From positions 1 to 42,353 of the forward strand of contig JAQGDQ010001408.1 of NCBI GenBank assembly GCA_030141605.1: a stretch of DNA of 42,353 nucleotides, given 5' to 3'. The notes below the pieces were generated by a model. The model was not told where the DNA came from, ran no database searches, and worked only from the letters and a program-made list of their open reading frames with translations. Origin of the DNA: Tubiluchus corallicola (lineage: Eukaryota > Animalia > Priapulida). Within the stretch, counting starts at the first letter, position 1; each line of letters starts with the position of its first letter. The position numbers and the translations under genes were made by a program. Of this stretch, positions 12,317 to 25,775 are shown one piece after another.

Positions 12317-14448
12317 ACATGGCCTTCTTCAGCACATTCCTCTAAAGCACATGGCCTACTTTAGCACATTCCTCTAAAACACATGGCCTACTTTAGCACA
12401 TTCCTCTAAAACACATGGACTTCTTTAGCACATTCCTCTAAAACACATGGACTTCTTTAGCACATTTCCCTAAAACACATGGACTTCTTTAGCACATTTC
12501 TCTAAAGCACATGGCCTTCTTTAGCACATTCCTCTAAAGCACATGGACTTCTTTAGCACATTCCTCTAAAACACATGGACTTCTTTAGCACATTTCCCTA
12601 AAACACATGGCCTTCTTTAGCACATTCCTCTAAAACACATGGACTTTTTTAGCACATTTCCCTAAAACACATGGACTTCTTTAGCACATTTCTCTAAAGC
12701 ACATGGCCTTCTCTAGCATATTACCCTAAATCACATGGCCTACTTTAGCACATTCCTCTAAAGCACATGGCCTTCTTCAGCACATTCCTCTAAAACACAT
12801 GGCCTACTTTAACACATTCCTCTAAAACACGTGGCATACTTTAGCACATTCCTCTAAAACACATGGCCTACTTTAACACATTCCTCTAAAACACATGGCA
12901 TACTTTAACACATTCCTCTAAAGCACATGGACTTCTTTAGCACATTCCCCTAAAGCACATGGACTTCTTTAGCACATTCCCCTAAAGCACGTGGCATACT
13001 TTAGCACATTCCTCTAAAACAGATGGCCTACTTTAACACATTCCTCTAAAGCACGTGACATACTTTAGCACATTCCTCTAAAGCACATGGACTTCTTTAG
13101 CACATTCCTCTAAAACACATGGCCTACTTTAACACATTCCTCTAAAGCACGTGACATACTTTAGCACATTCCTCTAAAGCACATGGACTTCTTTAGCACA
13201 TTCCCCTAAAGCACGTGGCCTACTTTAACACATTCCTCTAAAACACATGGCATACTTTAACACATTCCTCTAAAGCACGTGACATACTTTAGCACATTCC
13301 TCTAAAGCACATGGACTTCTTTAGCCAATTCCTCTAAAACACATGGCCTACTTTAACACATTCCTCTAAAGCACGTGACATACTTTAACACATTCCTCTA
13401 AAGCACATGGACTTCTTTGGCACATTCCCCTAAAACACATGGCCTACTTTAATACATTCCCCTAAAGCACATGGCCTACTTTAACACATTCCTCTAAAAC
13501 ACATGGACTTCTTTAACACATTCCCCTAAAGCACATGGACTTCTTTACCACATTCCTCTAAAACACATGGACTTCTTTAGCACATTCCTCTAAAACACAT
13601 GGCCTTCTTTAGCACATTCCTCTAAAACACATGGACTTCTTTAACACATTCCCCTAAAGCACATGGCATACTTTAACACATTCCTCTAAAGCACATGGAC
13701 TTCTTTAACACATTCCCCTAAAGCACATGGCATACTTTAACACATTCCTCTAAAACACATGGCATACTTTAACACATTCCTCTAAAGCACATGGACTACT
13801 TTAGCACATTCCCCTAAAGCACATGGACTTCTTTAACACATTCCCCTAAAGCACATGGCATACTTTAACACATTCCCCTAAAGCACGTGGCATACTTTAG
13901 CACATTCCTCTAAAACACATAGCCTACTTTAACACATTCCTCTAAAACACATGGCCTACTTTAACACATTCCTCTAAAACACATGGCCTACTTTAACACA
14001 TTCCTCTAAAACACATGGCATACTTTAACACATTCCCCTAAAGCATGTGGCATACTTTAGCACATTCCTCTAAAACACATGGCCTACTTTAACACATTTG
14101 TCTAAAACACATGGCCTACTTTAACACATTCCTCTAAAGCACATGGCCTACTTTAACACATTACTCTAAAGCACGTGACATACTTTAGCACATTCCTCTA
14201 AAGCACATGGACTTCTTTAGCCAATTCCTCTAAAACACATGGCCTACTTTAACACATTCCTCTAAAACAGATGGCCTACTTTAACACATTCCTCTAAAAC
14301 ACATGGACTTCTTTAACACATTCCCCTAAAGCACATGGACTTCTTTACCACATTCCTCTAAAACACATGGACTTCTTTAGCACATTCCTCTAAAACACAT
14401 GGCCTACTTTAACGCATTCCTCTAAAACACATGGCATACTTTAACACA
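12317..14448. repeat. Minisatellite, 32-bp unit x~66
   Basis: Unit ACATGG(CCTA/ACTT/CATA/CCTT)CTTTA(G/A)CACATTCC(T/C)CTAAA(A/G)C; register kept from 12317 to 14429. Confidence 0.97.
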
Positions 14449-14495
14449 ATCCACCAAGTACACAGCTTTCTTTAAACTTCGGCATCTGACTGATC

Positions 14496-14753
<258 letters not shown>

Positions 14754-15195
14754 TCATATATTTCCTAATGACAACTGCTAGTGTGCAGTAGATACACTGA
14801 GTTTTTCTAATCAAAAATTTCAATGAAGACAGGATGAACAGGAAAACAGGATATACTACCCTATTTACAAATCCAATAAAAAGTATACATTTTAACACAG
14901 TTAATACTGCAAAGCTTTTCTGATAATTGAATAATAAATTAAAAACTTAATTAATCTAAGATGGCCCAACTATTGATGACATCACAAACTAACATAATTT
15001 TCAACAGCAAATATATTCCAAAAAAACGTGTTGTGTGTGTTTGCGAAAGTGAAAATTACAGTACAGTGTGTAAGATATTCAGTACTAAAGCTAGGCAAGT
15101 TTTAAGATACAAATTCAAATTTCAAATTTGCCGCTGTGCATAGAGGACAGCAATACAATAACGCAAAATCCGTATTACTATAAGCCACTAAGTAC

Positions 15196-15389
15196 CTTTG
15201 TTATGCTTCGTTCCAGAGGGAGGGTTCATAATCACAGTGTCATACGTTTTTTTCCAATTAAGTGAATTTTCTTGCTCCAACTGCTTCACATCAACTTGAA
15301 TGAATTGAAGCGTATCTATGACCTCTTCCAGGATGTTGCTTCTGCGTGTGTTTAATGCATCTCCGTCAACATCGACCCCGACACACATG
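15196..15389 (-). CDS. METTL5: METTL5 coding exon 3
   Basis: MCVGVDVDGDAL..YDTVIMNPPSGTKHNKG; AG/GT boundaries, phase 2 to 1. Confidence 0.93.
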
Positions 15390-16681
15390 CTGAAATGTCA
15401 CAAAAGCAAAAAGCATAAAAGATAAAATGCAGCCCATGCACATCGTTGTTTTTGTCTATTCCATAAAAATACCTTTTACCAATGTCCAGTATTTTGCCCA
15501 GAGTTGCTGTTTTGGAAGATGTTGATAATCGTATAGGAGTCTAAAAATTGTAATATTTGTCGACAAATTATTACATTTTTTCCCAAGTCAACCTACCCAA
15601 AACCCACATTTATTGTATACTGCATTAAATTATTATATAATTACGCATTTAATAAGTAAGTATAACAGCAAAATGTGGCATTAACAAGTGTAAAATCAAA
15701 TTCAATGATAACACAGTGAAATATCACTAAATTCTGGATGTGAAGAATCAAGTCATAAGCGTCCGTTTTTGAAATTGCTAGTTGTTTTCAGGGTGCTACG
15801 ACCAGCACGCTTTGGACTACAATGAAACCAAAGTTTATTTACCTCCCACTGGTTTGCAGTAACATTACAAATGTTTTCAGCGCACAATCAATTTCAACAC
15901 TTTTTTGTTTCGTGTTACTGAATTATTGTATAAATATCGATTATGGTATAGTCTCTTTTTTATACGATACGAAACATCAAATTATTGTACGTTCCGATAA
16001 TTATCGTGTAAATGGTAACCCTCATTTTGCGTAACGCCGTTACATCTGCCTAGTAGTCAAAATTTTGCTTCAGTCATAAGCTCAATTCGACAGACATTGT
16101 CTGCAGTTACGCAACAACAATATAGTCACTCAACGTTTGTGCTACATTACAATGGCACCAACTTAACAAGGCACGCTTTGTTGAATTTATTAATGCTGAA
16201 AAAATGCTACGACTAAGTCAAACCGACAGCAAGAATTATTCAGTAATGGGACAAATGAGTTCCGGTAACTCATTAAGTTTAAGTTTACTGTGAGCTTACA
16301 AACTTAAGCTAAATTAGAAAAGTAACTTAATTGTGAATGTGTTACAGGTTCATTGAAAAAGTGAACTTTTGAACTTAAGTTCCAAGTTCACCAACCAAAC
16401 TAGAAATATGAAAAAAATGCAAAAACAAATAATTTGTGTTATGTGCAATCACAGGAAAGTACGGCATTAATTTCAGTCAGTGGTCAATATGCAAGATCTT
16501 CAAGCAGGGTTGCCAGTGATGGAGTCATTCGTAAGCCAAACTCCCGATAAACACAAACCAAACACAGCCAAATTCAACCAAACCCATGTGAGAAAATAAC
16601 TATTCAATGCAAAGGCATATGGGACGAGGATGTGTGAAAATTTTTGCGTGAATAACTACATTATCAACAATGGGACTCTCA

Positions 16682-16798
<117 letters not shown>

Positions 16799-17092
16799 TT
16801 AAAAGAAATAAAATCAAAAGGTTGATTAAATATTAGTTTTTGGAGAAAAATTAAATCAGGAAAAAGTTGTAACATTGTAATGTTCATCTAAACCAAGTTT
16901 ACGGTAAAACTGATTAATTAAAACTGCCTAAGTAACACTGAGGTTTTGTAGGCAACCAATCAGAAGTGGCCTTTATAACATATTACATCATCAGAAAAGA
17001 TGTTATTGATCTCAGCACCTCGTGCTAATTAGTGTTTTTTATGAATATAATTCTCTGTCAATTTAAATAAGTTATCAAATTCTGTCATCAAT

Positions 17093-17462
17093 AAGCCTTT
17101 TCGCTGTGTGCATGCGCAGTTGCTGTAGGTAAAAGGTTAAGTGTATCACAGCAACGCATCTTAACTACAAATGTCACGTGACATGTGGGTAAAGCAATGC
17201 ATCAGTTCAGTAACTTCAGTTATTTTACATGAACTTTACTTAATTATGCACTAGTCTGTGCGCAGAGTGATTTACTAGCAGGATCTTGCTTGGGAACAAG
17301 AAGAATGAAGTAGGTAAGGTTCTAGCTACCTGTTAAAACTGTTACGATTACAGTAGCATGGGCTGCAAGGTGCTTTCAAGTGTTCACAAATGTGTTGTCC
17401 GGTACACTTAACCTTTGACCTTTTCACGATCATCATCAATTGCTGGAACTAAGAAAAGGGTT
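17093..17462. mobile_element. MITE, copy 1 (family shared with 32878-33261)
   Basis: Collinear similarity with 32878-33261 over ~370 bp; ends AAGCCTTTTC...GAAAAGGGTT. Confidence 0.75.
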
Positions 17463-17760
17463 GTTATCCTAAAATACTGTTGAAACTTATTTGAGTGAAA
17501 ATACAGTTATTGTATGAGTTGATGTATTCATCTTAGATGGATCTTATTTGTAACTTTCCGAGCGCTGACGCATGTCTATATCCGCTACTATCTGGTACCT
17601 TTTTTTCCGTCTGTGTAAGCATAAAGCCAAAATTCGATCTGCAGACAACATCATTTTACTTAAAGTGATGAACCGTACGCAGCAAAACGCTTCCTTTGCA
17701 GCAAAACAAGCGTAAGATCTCGCCGAAAGCCACTCCATGTAAACAGATTTTAAAACTTAC

Positions 17761-17860
17761 CGGCTATGTGAGGACTGGTTTGATACTGTTCAAGCGCCAC
17801 CTTGTGTGTTGAAAAGGTTTCAATGTTTTCTAAGGCACTTTGCAATTCTTTAAGTTTCAT
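17761..17860 (-). CDS. METTL5: METTL5 coding exon 1
   Basis: MKLKELQSALENIETFSTHKVALEQYQTSPHIA; GTAAG donor. The four exons total 636 nt = 211 aa plus stop. Confidence 0.93.
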
Positions 17861-18091
17861 CTCTCAGGCAAGCTGTTCTGTATTTTTGTCAAAGCATCTG
17901 TAATGACAAAATGAGCAAAAATCAGTTTTTTCTCCCCATCAATGGGTTTCAAGCCTGAAATAAAGAAATCTCACTTCGTTTTGGTATTTGCTGCAAGTCG
18001 CCACAGACAACGGAAAAATAATTCAGGTCACTTTTTCAAGTGACCAAATAAAAATAAAAATAACCACACTGACTAGTGACACCTAAGAAGG

Positions 18092-18135
18092 CAGGGCCTC
18101 ATTAAGAATTGTGGGGGCCACTGCACTAAAAAATT
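18092..18135 (+). mobile_element. Possible hAT-type terminus
   Basis: CAGGGCC start with GGGGGCC subterminal motif; partner end not found. Confidence 0.3.
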
Positions 18136-19217
18136 TCTAATACAAAAAATACAATTTTACAACATTACATAAAAAATAGGCCTATGTTTACTGTGTGGAT
18201 TAATTACTTACTAATATTTTTATTATGTCTGATAAGATGATGAAACTAAAAAATTTGAACTCGTTTGCTATTCATAAGAGTAGCTTAGTAATTAATGCTA
18301 TTGTCATTAATGCTAATTTCAAACGTTCACAAACTTAACATGTTGAATAATTGAACACAGCCCACTCTATACTGTAACAAGTTACATGAAAGATGGCAGC
18401 TTATTGGTTTTGATGCACACAATTACTCTACGCACTCAATTGCTGTGTGTTGCACTTGAATATTCAGTTTTGATTATGAGAACATGTAAAGTATAAACTT
18501 ATCCTGTATGAGTAAGTATTTATACGAATACAGCATGTCATAATGTGTGGAGAACTAGAGTTAACACCCTTTCTGTAGACCGTTAACTGTCACACAAATT
18601 ATGTGAACTTGGGACTTATTGTCAGGTAACTGGGGGGGGGGGGGTCGGGACCACAATGACAGTCGTTGAACATTGTTAAGATTTAACATTAAACTGTTTA
18701 GCATAATTTGAAAAATTTTGTGCATAGTACCAGAAATGCTAGATCTACCTGCACTTGCTCTTGCATTATCATCACTACCCACCCTCTGTTTCTACGTCAT
18801 TCGATCTCCATGATTAACTTTCACGTTAGAAATGTTCCACTGGTGACTTTTTCTGTTAAATCTATCTAAATGAATAAGGTATCTGTGACAGATAATAATA
18901 TTACTACGTAATCTCATAGATAGATCCATAAATTATAACTTCCTTGGTTACTTTTTTGGTTGATTAGATTCATGAAAGTGTGTTCAACAGGTAAACTCAG
19001 AGCACACTACACAACTTACCCAGTCTTTTGCGTTTAATCTTTTTGATAGATTTTTCCTTCCAAATGTTGTTACGAAAATCTTAATTACTTTTACTTTTGG
19101 CCATCGATCTCCAGTAATAATTTGTACAAACCTCTTTGAAAAGCATAATCTCACTTTTAAAATGAAAAAACACACTAAGCGTGGGAGCCGCCATGACAAG
19201 TGAAACAATACAGATAG

Positions 19218-19230
19218 TGCCGCCATCTGT
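19218..19230 (-). promoter_or_regulatory. YY1-like motif in a candidate METTL5 5' region
   Basis: Minus strand CAGATGGCGGC; a GTAAG donor at ~19019 and an acceptor at 17899-17898 would define a 5' UTR intron. Confidence 0.3.
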
Positions 19231-19880
19231 GGCGAAAAAAGTGATGACTATCCTTGGTCAGAAAACACTACAATCTTGGTGTAAAAATGTGGTACTAATC
19301 AGTTTTTACCTCCTCATGTCACAAACTTTCATGTTTCCAGTATTTTAGCAAAAGATATAAAAGAGAATAATTGGTGTCAGCTTATATCATCAATAACTTC
19401 AGATGTTAATTAAACCAGTTTATTAATTGTTTCATTTCATGGATTTTTCATGCTTCTTTGTTTACTAACTAGATAAGGAGCCTGTTCTATGTATGTCAAA
19501 TGATTTACATTTTTAATGTAAACAAGTCTTGAGTTATTTCCAGTTATTTCATCTAATAGGTTTTTATCCCATTTCTTTGTTTATGGCCCAAATTCAAGGT
19601 GCCACGCATAATACTAAGTGCATAAATTATTACAATAATGATTATCATTGTCAAATATTCGGCATCTTTTTAATTTAAACTTTATTTATCTTGAGTTGTC
19701 TCATTAATTAGTAATTTTTATTTTGCCAAATATATCTTTTATGCTTTTATTAATAATTATTTCTCCTGAAAATAAACTTTAATGAGCAAATTTTGAAAAA
19801 TTGTTCATGGCAAGTAAATGTGCTCTATTTCAACCACGTAGAAAAGATGTTAAGTTTGTAAATAAGAGTTGGTCCCTCAG

Positions 19881-20010
19881 TTTCTCTTTTTCTGTCTCTT
19901 TCTCTCTCCTCTCTCTCTTTCTCGCTCTCTAGCTTTCTCTCTCCCCCACTTCTAGCTATCTCTCTCCCTTGCCCCCCTCTCTCTGTTTTGCTTGTTCTCT
20001 TTCTGCCTCC
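19881..20010. repeat. CT-rich low-complexity tract
   Basis: Direct inspection. Confidence 0.8.
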
Positions 20011-23000
20011 TTTAATTGTCTACAGTGCTTCAGTTAATGAGTATGAGAAATCAGTATTAATTAGAATGAATTAATCTTTAAGGCCAACTTTTTTATTCTA
20101 ATTGTTTTTTGGAATTTTTTTAAACTTTGTTGCTGTAATTTCAAATGTTCTTAGAATGAATTTGTTTTTTTTTTCAAAGTAACTTGCACTGTATCATTTG
20201 CTGCATATATCACTTCAAATTCAATAGGTTTTCATAACAATTTGTGATTATAAAAAAATGAAAATACCAATCTAAGGAATTCCAAACTATGTAGATTTGT
20301 GAATTTCTTGGGGTCGACGTTGCCCAATAAATTATGCTATTTTGCAAAATTTATTAAAGGTTCTTTGTTGGCAAAACGAGAACCTACGCTTTCATGAGCA
20401 TGATAAGCCTCAGAGATGAAAAACTAAACTAGCAGAGATGTCATTGTCACATGTAGATGCAAGTGAATGTTTTCTAAACACTTTTTCTGTCATTTTTTCC
20501 CTGAGAAAAAATTTTATTGGCAAGAGCCTTTTCTAGGAAAACGAATGTACCCAGCTTGGCTTAGTGTGGCCCATTTAAAGAAATTGTTCTTATTGGGGGT
20601 AACACACACATTGCTGCGAATGATGTACGTTGCAACTATACCAATATGGCAAGAGTCTTTCTTCCAGAATGTGGAGATCTTGCAGCCACTGAGAATAACT
20701 GTAATATCCTACTGTACTTAAATCAGTTCAAAAAACCTCAATGTAAATCTTGTCTGTATTGATTCCAATATAAATTATCAATGTTCTTCAAGTAATTTGG
20801 GTTCCAAACTGGACTCACTAACTCAGTTTACTCAAGTATCGGTATAATGGTCAATGTCTGAAGTTTCGAGGGTTGATTTGGAAACTAACAATGATCACTC
20901 TCAGCTAACCTTTCACCTTTTTGGGGTAATTTTTTCTTTTTAAAAATTTTCAATTAAACTTTGCAAAATTTTTTTCCTTTGTTTCTTCATGCTGTTTCAT
21001 TTTTCTAGTGTAGTAATTTACCAGTTATCAGTTGTTTTCCTCTTCCATAGGCTATTGCCTGTTAAGGATCTTAACAGTGCTTAACTTTTCACATAAATAA
21101 AAAAAAATCGCGTCTCTCTGAACTTCGGCTTGTAGCAGTTGAAATTTGTATCAAAGGTGCTGTTTTTAGTGTGTTAATGAATTGCAGCAGTTGCTGCTTA
21201 ATTCAGGTTTGTGTCTTCGCTGTCGACATGTCGTTGATGTCGTTTTGTAAGGCGAAATCGACAGTTTTCGACAAAGTGTATAAAGAGGAAGTGACGAATG
21301 ATGCCTAATGTTACGTATTTCCTTTTTGCGATTAGCGGCTATGCTGGCGGCATCAAACGGCCATTCAGTGAAAAATTTGGAGCGCCGCATTGACTGTAAT
21401 AATAATATTATTAAGTTCACCAGTAGTGTTGGCATACGTGCAATTTTGATAAGCCAAAATCACTTTTGCGTTTTTAATAAAAGAAGTATATCTCAATTAA
21501 AAGCAATTATTAGTTTAAAAAAAACTGAAAACATTTCATGAAAAGGAAAAAAATTGTAGCAATAAGTTTGTAATATGTACTTGCAAATGCCTGTTCAGTT
21601 TTCTTGTAAGTAAAATTTTATTGTTTTTCCTGAGGAAAGAGGCTAGCTGACTGCGTGATGGGCTGCCTGCTATGTAAAGAAGTAATGCATTTTTCATTGA
21701 TTTATTGATTTTTCTCTCCCCCGCTCTCTTAGAGAGAAAGAGGGGGAGAGAGAGAGAGAGAGAGTTAAAAGAAAGACGGAACTATGAACTATGAATTTTA
21801 TTTCACACATCAAAATACAATATTGTACACATAAATAAACAATAAATAAAATAATTTGAGTAGTGTGAGGTGAGTGTACGACCATACGGTCATTAACACA
21901 CTCGCCTTACTTAAATGAAAATGAAAAAATTATTAAAGATATGCGTGCTTTTGTAGATGACTCAACGAAATTGATGTAATAAAGTAAATGATGTAATAAT
22001 AGCAAGGAAACATAAGAAAAACACAATATGGAATTACGATTTTGATATAAATATTGAAATAATTTTGAAATAAAGTAAAAGATGTAATGAACAGCAAGGA
22101 AACATGAGGAAAACTTAATATGTAATTACGATTTTGATATAGGCGGCGATGAATGAATAATTTCATTTAAATTGATTTATACCTTACTAATAAAGTAACA
22201 AAGGTCGTAATGGTACCTATTAGCAAAAGAAAAACATTAGTGCAAAAAATGACCAAATTCAAGCTGTCATATTGTCCATGCATAACTCAATATGAGAAAA
22301 ACATGCAAAATAATAACAATAATACTAAATAAAAATAATAAAAAACAAACTAAATAAAATGAAAAGCAAGCTAGCCAAACAGAAATTTAAACAAACTTTC
22401 AAATAGGGAACTGAATCAAGCTGCAAAGTACATGCATTAAAATAATACTAAAGAGTCTAATTAATAAACAAAACAAAAGAACATTATACAAGTACATTTT
22501 TTACACGTAAGCAAACTGTATTTAATGAACATTTATTTTGATGTAAGCCTAACTGAATCTTAAAAAATTAGGCCAAATATAAGTAATGTCTGCACATGAT
22601 ATTATAAGGTATTATGACACACGTGCAAATTCTAATTTATGCTTCTCGCCTGAATTCTTTAACTAGGTTTTGACATAGTTAGTTGGTTGTTATAGAGTTG
22701 GAAGTTATGTCGGCTGCTTAGGATGACAGCTCTGATGTTTCCTTCAGTTATTTTTTGTTTACTGATAATAAAAAAGAGGAGTAATGTCGTAAATACATCT
22801 CTGCTTGTTCAACGTAATTTTATAACTAACTCCAACTCATAACAAAGGCCAATGTATGATTATATGCTTTTTAAACATTTTTTAACTTGGAATTAACAAA
22901 ACATGCAGATGTTTAGATTAAGTTATGTTCTGGAAAATTATTTGCTCTTCTGAAAAAATCGATTTTTTTCTATGAAAGGTATTACACATGAAAGTCAGGC

Positions 23001-24067
23001 CTAATATATCTTCAAGTTATATTTCCTGATAAGAACATATGAAATAGAAATGTTTTTTAGAAAAAATATTTCTCCAGAAATCGAATACTACATGAGCCAG
23101 GTATTCTTTCTTTTGATCAACTTTCTTAACTTCTTTTGTAAATAAGCCTATTAATTTTTATGAGATATGATTATAATAATTTTTATTTTAACTACAAATT
23201 ATTCTTAACGCCTTATGCTTACTTTAAATAATATTCAAAAAGATAACAGCTGCTATAAATCGTCAAAGAGAGATGTAGGCCTTGCAGTCTTTGCTTAGCG
23301 TACAAAATATTTAACTAGTAACCAAAGTTTCAAAACTGTGTTATAATTAACATTTTATTATAATTACCTGGCTGCATCCTTGCGAAATTTAAAAAGATAT
23401 CTTTTTGTGTTTTTGCAACTCACTGCTGAGCAATTTATGAGCGCCTGTTAACCGGGCTGGTTTTGATGGTCTCATCAATTCATCTGCTACAGTACCCACA
23501 GCCTGCGCTGTTGCGTACCAGACAACAACAGGCCGCACTGAATAGCCGCTAGGGCGACACTAACTGCGCGAACAACTGCGCAGAAGGACTTTCCCTACTT
23601 TATTGTGTATACTTTGGTTTTCGATGTGTAATCGGTCATGTGTGCTAAGGTTTCTTCTATTTAATTTTGGACAAAATGGCGCAACATTTAGCGCTTTGTA
23701 AAAATTATCACGTTGTTTTATTCTACCTTTTTTGTAAAAATTTAATTACTGTTTGCCATTTAAAACGGAGCTAAGATGTGCAATCGTTATAAAAGATAAA
23801 TGTAATTGTCTCTGTGTCCTATTTTCCTAGGCTTTTTGTTACCGGCCTACCTTACTATTTTGTTGTTTGCTACGCGCTTATTCATTACCGGGATTTCTTA
23901 TTTATTTTACTTTCCTCTTATTTATTTACTCTTTATTTATTTTAAATCACTCTGGTTAGACAAAAATTTGGGAAATATTTTGAACGATAAAGCTTATCAA
24001 TGAAGGGATAATTTTACATTTAATTTTGTAGACGACTCTATAGCGACATCTCCCAAAAACATATCGT

Positions 24068-24144
24068 AAGTATAAGTCGACCCCCTAAAATTTCACATTA
24101 AAATCGCCTCCCAAAAATTCAACTTGTACATAAGTATATACGGC
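24068..24144. mobile_element. Terminal fragment of a Tc2/pogo-like DNA transposon
   Basis: GTATAAGTCGACCCCC...ACTTGTACATAAGTATATACGG resembles the reverse of the CCGTATATACTCG.GTATAAG terminus. Confidence 0.5.
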
Positions 24145-24570
24145 AATCTCATTTACACAAATTCAGCTATTGCCTCTTCAGAGAATATTAAATCCACAAT
24201 TACTCGACATAACATATATGTTAAATTAAAAAGCCCTCGGCATCTAAAAATATCTTATTTATATAGGGGTGGCTGCTCGATGACCGCTGGATTGACAGAG
24301 ACATGTAAAAATTTTGAATTGAATTACACTGAATTTAAATTTCTGTAGTTATGTTAGGTATATATACTGGATAAGGTAATGGTATGAGAAATTAATTATT
24401 GGTCTGTAATGGACTGATACCAGTTTGTAAAATAGGCATTGAGGAGGCATTGATAATAATAATAATAATAATAATTAATCTTATTATTTTTAAATGGAAG
24501 CACAATAATACGTAACTGAACGAAGCATACTGAAGTGAAGTTACGTATTGCTATGTTGTATGGGCAGTGT

Positions 24571-25217
24571 ATTTTTTTATTTTATTATTATTTTATTTAT
24601 TTATTAAATATATCCACAACGATCATTACAGCATTGTACATAAAAGTATTTAATAACATATTTATTTTTATGTACACAAGATGCCGAGCCGCAAATGACC
24701 CGTGGTGTACTCAAGAACTAATTACTTGTGTAGAGCACCCCAAATGAATGTGGACTGAGTGTAAAAGAAAGGAGCAGTAAAGGAGTAGAAAGAAAGGTTA
24801 ATAGAGAATAGAAAGAGGAGAAAGATGTGATGGTATCTGTATGAAGTAACGTGAACTATAGAAATGAAAAAATCCAGCAACACAATGGATTCCGACAGGG
24901 ACAGCAGTGTAATTAATCAAATTGATTTATTCTGTATAATTAGAAAAGATTTCACTTTTAAGATTTCTTTTGAAGCTATTTATAGCTAAAGAATTTTTTA
25001 TGTATTCGTTGATGTTATTCCAAAGTCTAGGGCCAGTGTTAGCGATGAAGTGCCTTGCCACGTCAGTCCTGCAAAACTTAATACGAAATTCATTAAATCT
25101 TGTTGAGTAATGTCTTATGTTAATAGATAATGGGTTTAAAAAGAAAGCGGGGAGAAGTTTATGTTTGGTTTTGTAGATGTACACAGCGGTATTCAGGTTT
25201 ATTAGATCATTTAGCAC
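24571..25217 (-). mobile_element. 5'-truncated LINE (CR1/L2/Crack-group-like C-terminus plus 3' UTR)
   Basis: ORF 24927-25217: H.YSTR...GPRLWNNI...SFKRNLK; A-rich tail at ~24571-24605. Confidence 0.8.
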
Positions 25218-25265
25218 TAGTAAACCTGAATACCGCTGTTTACATCTAGAAAACCAAACATAAAC
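25157..25265. repeat. 49-bp inverted repeat with 11-nt loop at the LINE 5' truncation
   Basis: Arms 25157-25205 and 25217-25265, 3 mismatches. Confidence 0.9.
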
Positions 25266-25342
25266 GTAACGTATGTCACTCCCTACGTTACATCATTTGT
25301 TGCCAGATAACACAATTAAGTTTAAAAATTAGCAAAATTAAA

Positions 25343-25496
25343 AATGATTTACAATTGAAGTATAAAAACCTAATTATAAAAACGGACACGTGTAAAAGAG
25401 ATTTAATCATATTACTTGAATGATTTACAATTGAAATATAAAAACCTAATTATAAAAACGGACCCGTGTAAAAGAGATTTAACCATATTACTTGAG
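25343..25496. repeat. 76-bp tandem duplication
   Basis: ATGATTTACAATTGAA..CATATTACTTGA at 25344 and 25420. Confidence 0.9.
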
Positions 25497-25595
25497 TCAC
25501 TGTCTTTTCCGATCTGTCCATCCATCCCGTGCAATACAAATTTGCGAATTTTCAGTTTTTTGTGTTGCTTCTTGTCATGTGTAATCAAGCTGTCA

Positions 25596-25775
25596 TGTTC
25601 ACATGACAATGGTCTTATACAAGCCTTTGCTTCTCTAGCCCACTGCAGTACAATTAATCTTTTATGATAACGATAGTGTATGAAACATGATAATTTATTA
25701 CAGTATGAAGTAGCAATCTTAATGTTACCATGTATTACATGTCACTATATTGTACTGAATGTGATAATAATACAA
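25596..25775 (+). mobile_element. LINE 3' tail fragment (family shared with 37930-38472)
   Basis: TATACAAGCCTTTGCTTCTCTAGCCCACTGCAGTACAATT...TGTACTGAATGTGATAATAATA also at ~38290-38465. Confidence 0.75.

Larger units (their letters stand above)
6300..14485 (-). pseudogene. Degenerate spliced gene, tentatively CTC1-like (CST complex subunit) N-terminal region
   Basis: Collinear minus-strand peptides resemble remembered human CTC1: EAVYLVDCVK, EFLSFKE, SPCGSCWS, MYIMGEIDLIVDLE...FMIDSSNNCQC, SKWNLLP, LLEF, VEGLLISR, LCCGSCYQI. Many stops and frameshifts; lower boundary uncertain. Confidence 0.35.

Noticed and set aside
18984-19226. 80-aa ORF starting MAALSV
   Set aside because: The ATG lies in a YY1-like motif and no homology was recognised; likely UTR or promoter.
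20290-20910. Coding-like stretch, possible transposase relic
   Set aside because: Multiple stops and no diagnostic motif; cannot be assigned without a search.
21978-22141. Diverged ~70-bp direct repeat spaced 91 bp apart
   Set aside because: Real but old, AT-rich and not linked to any feature.
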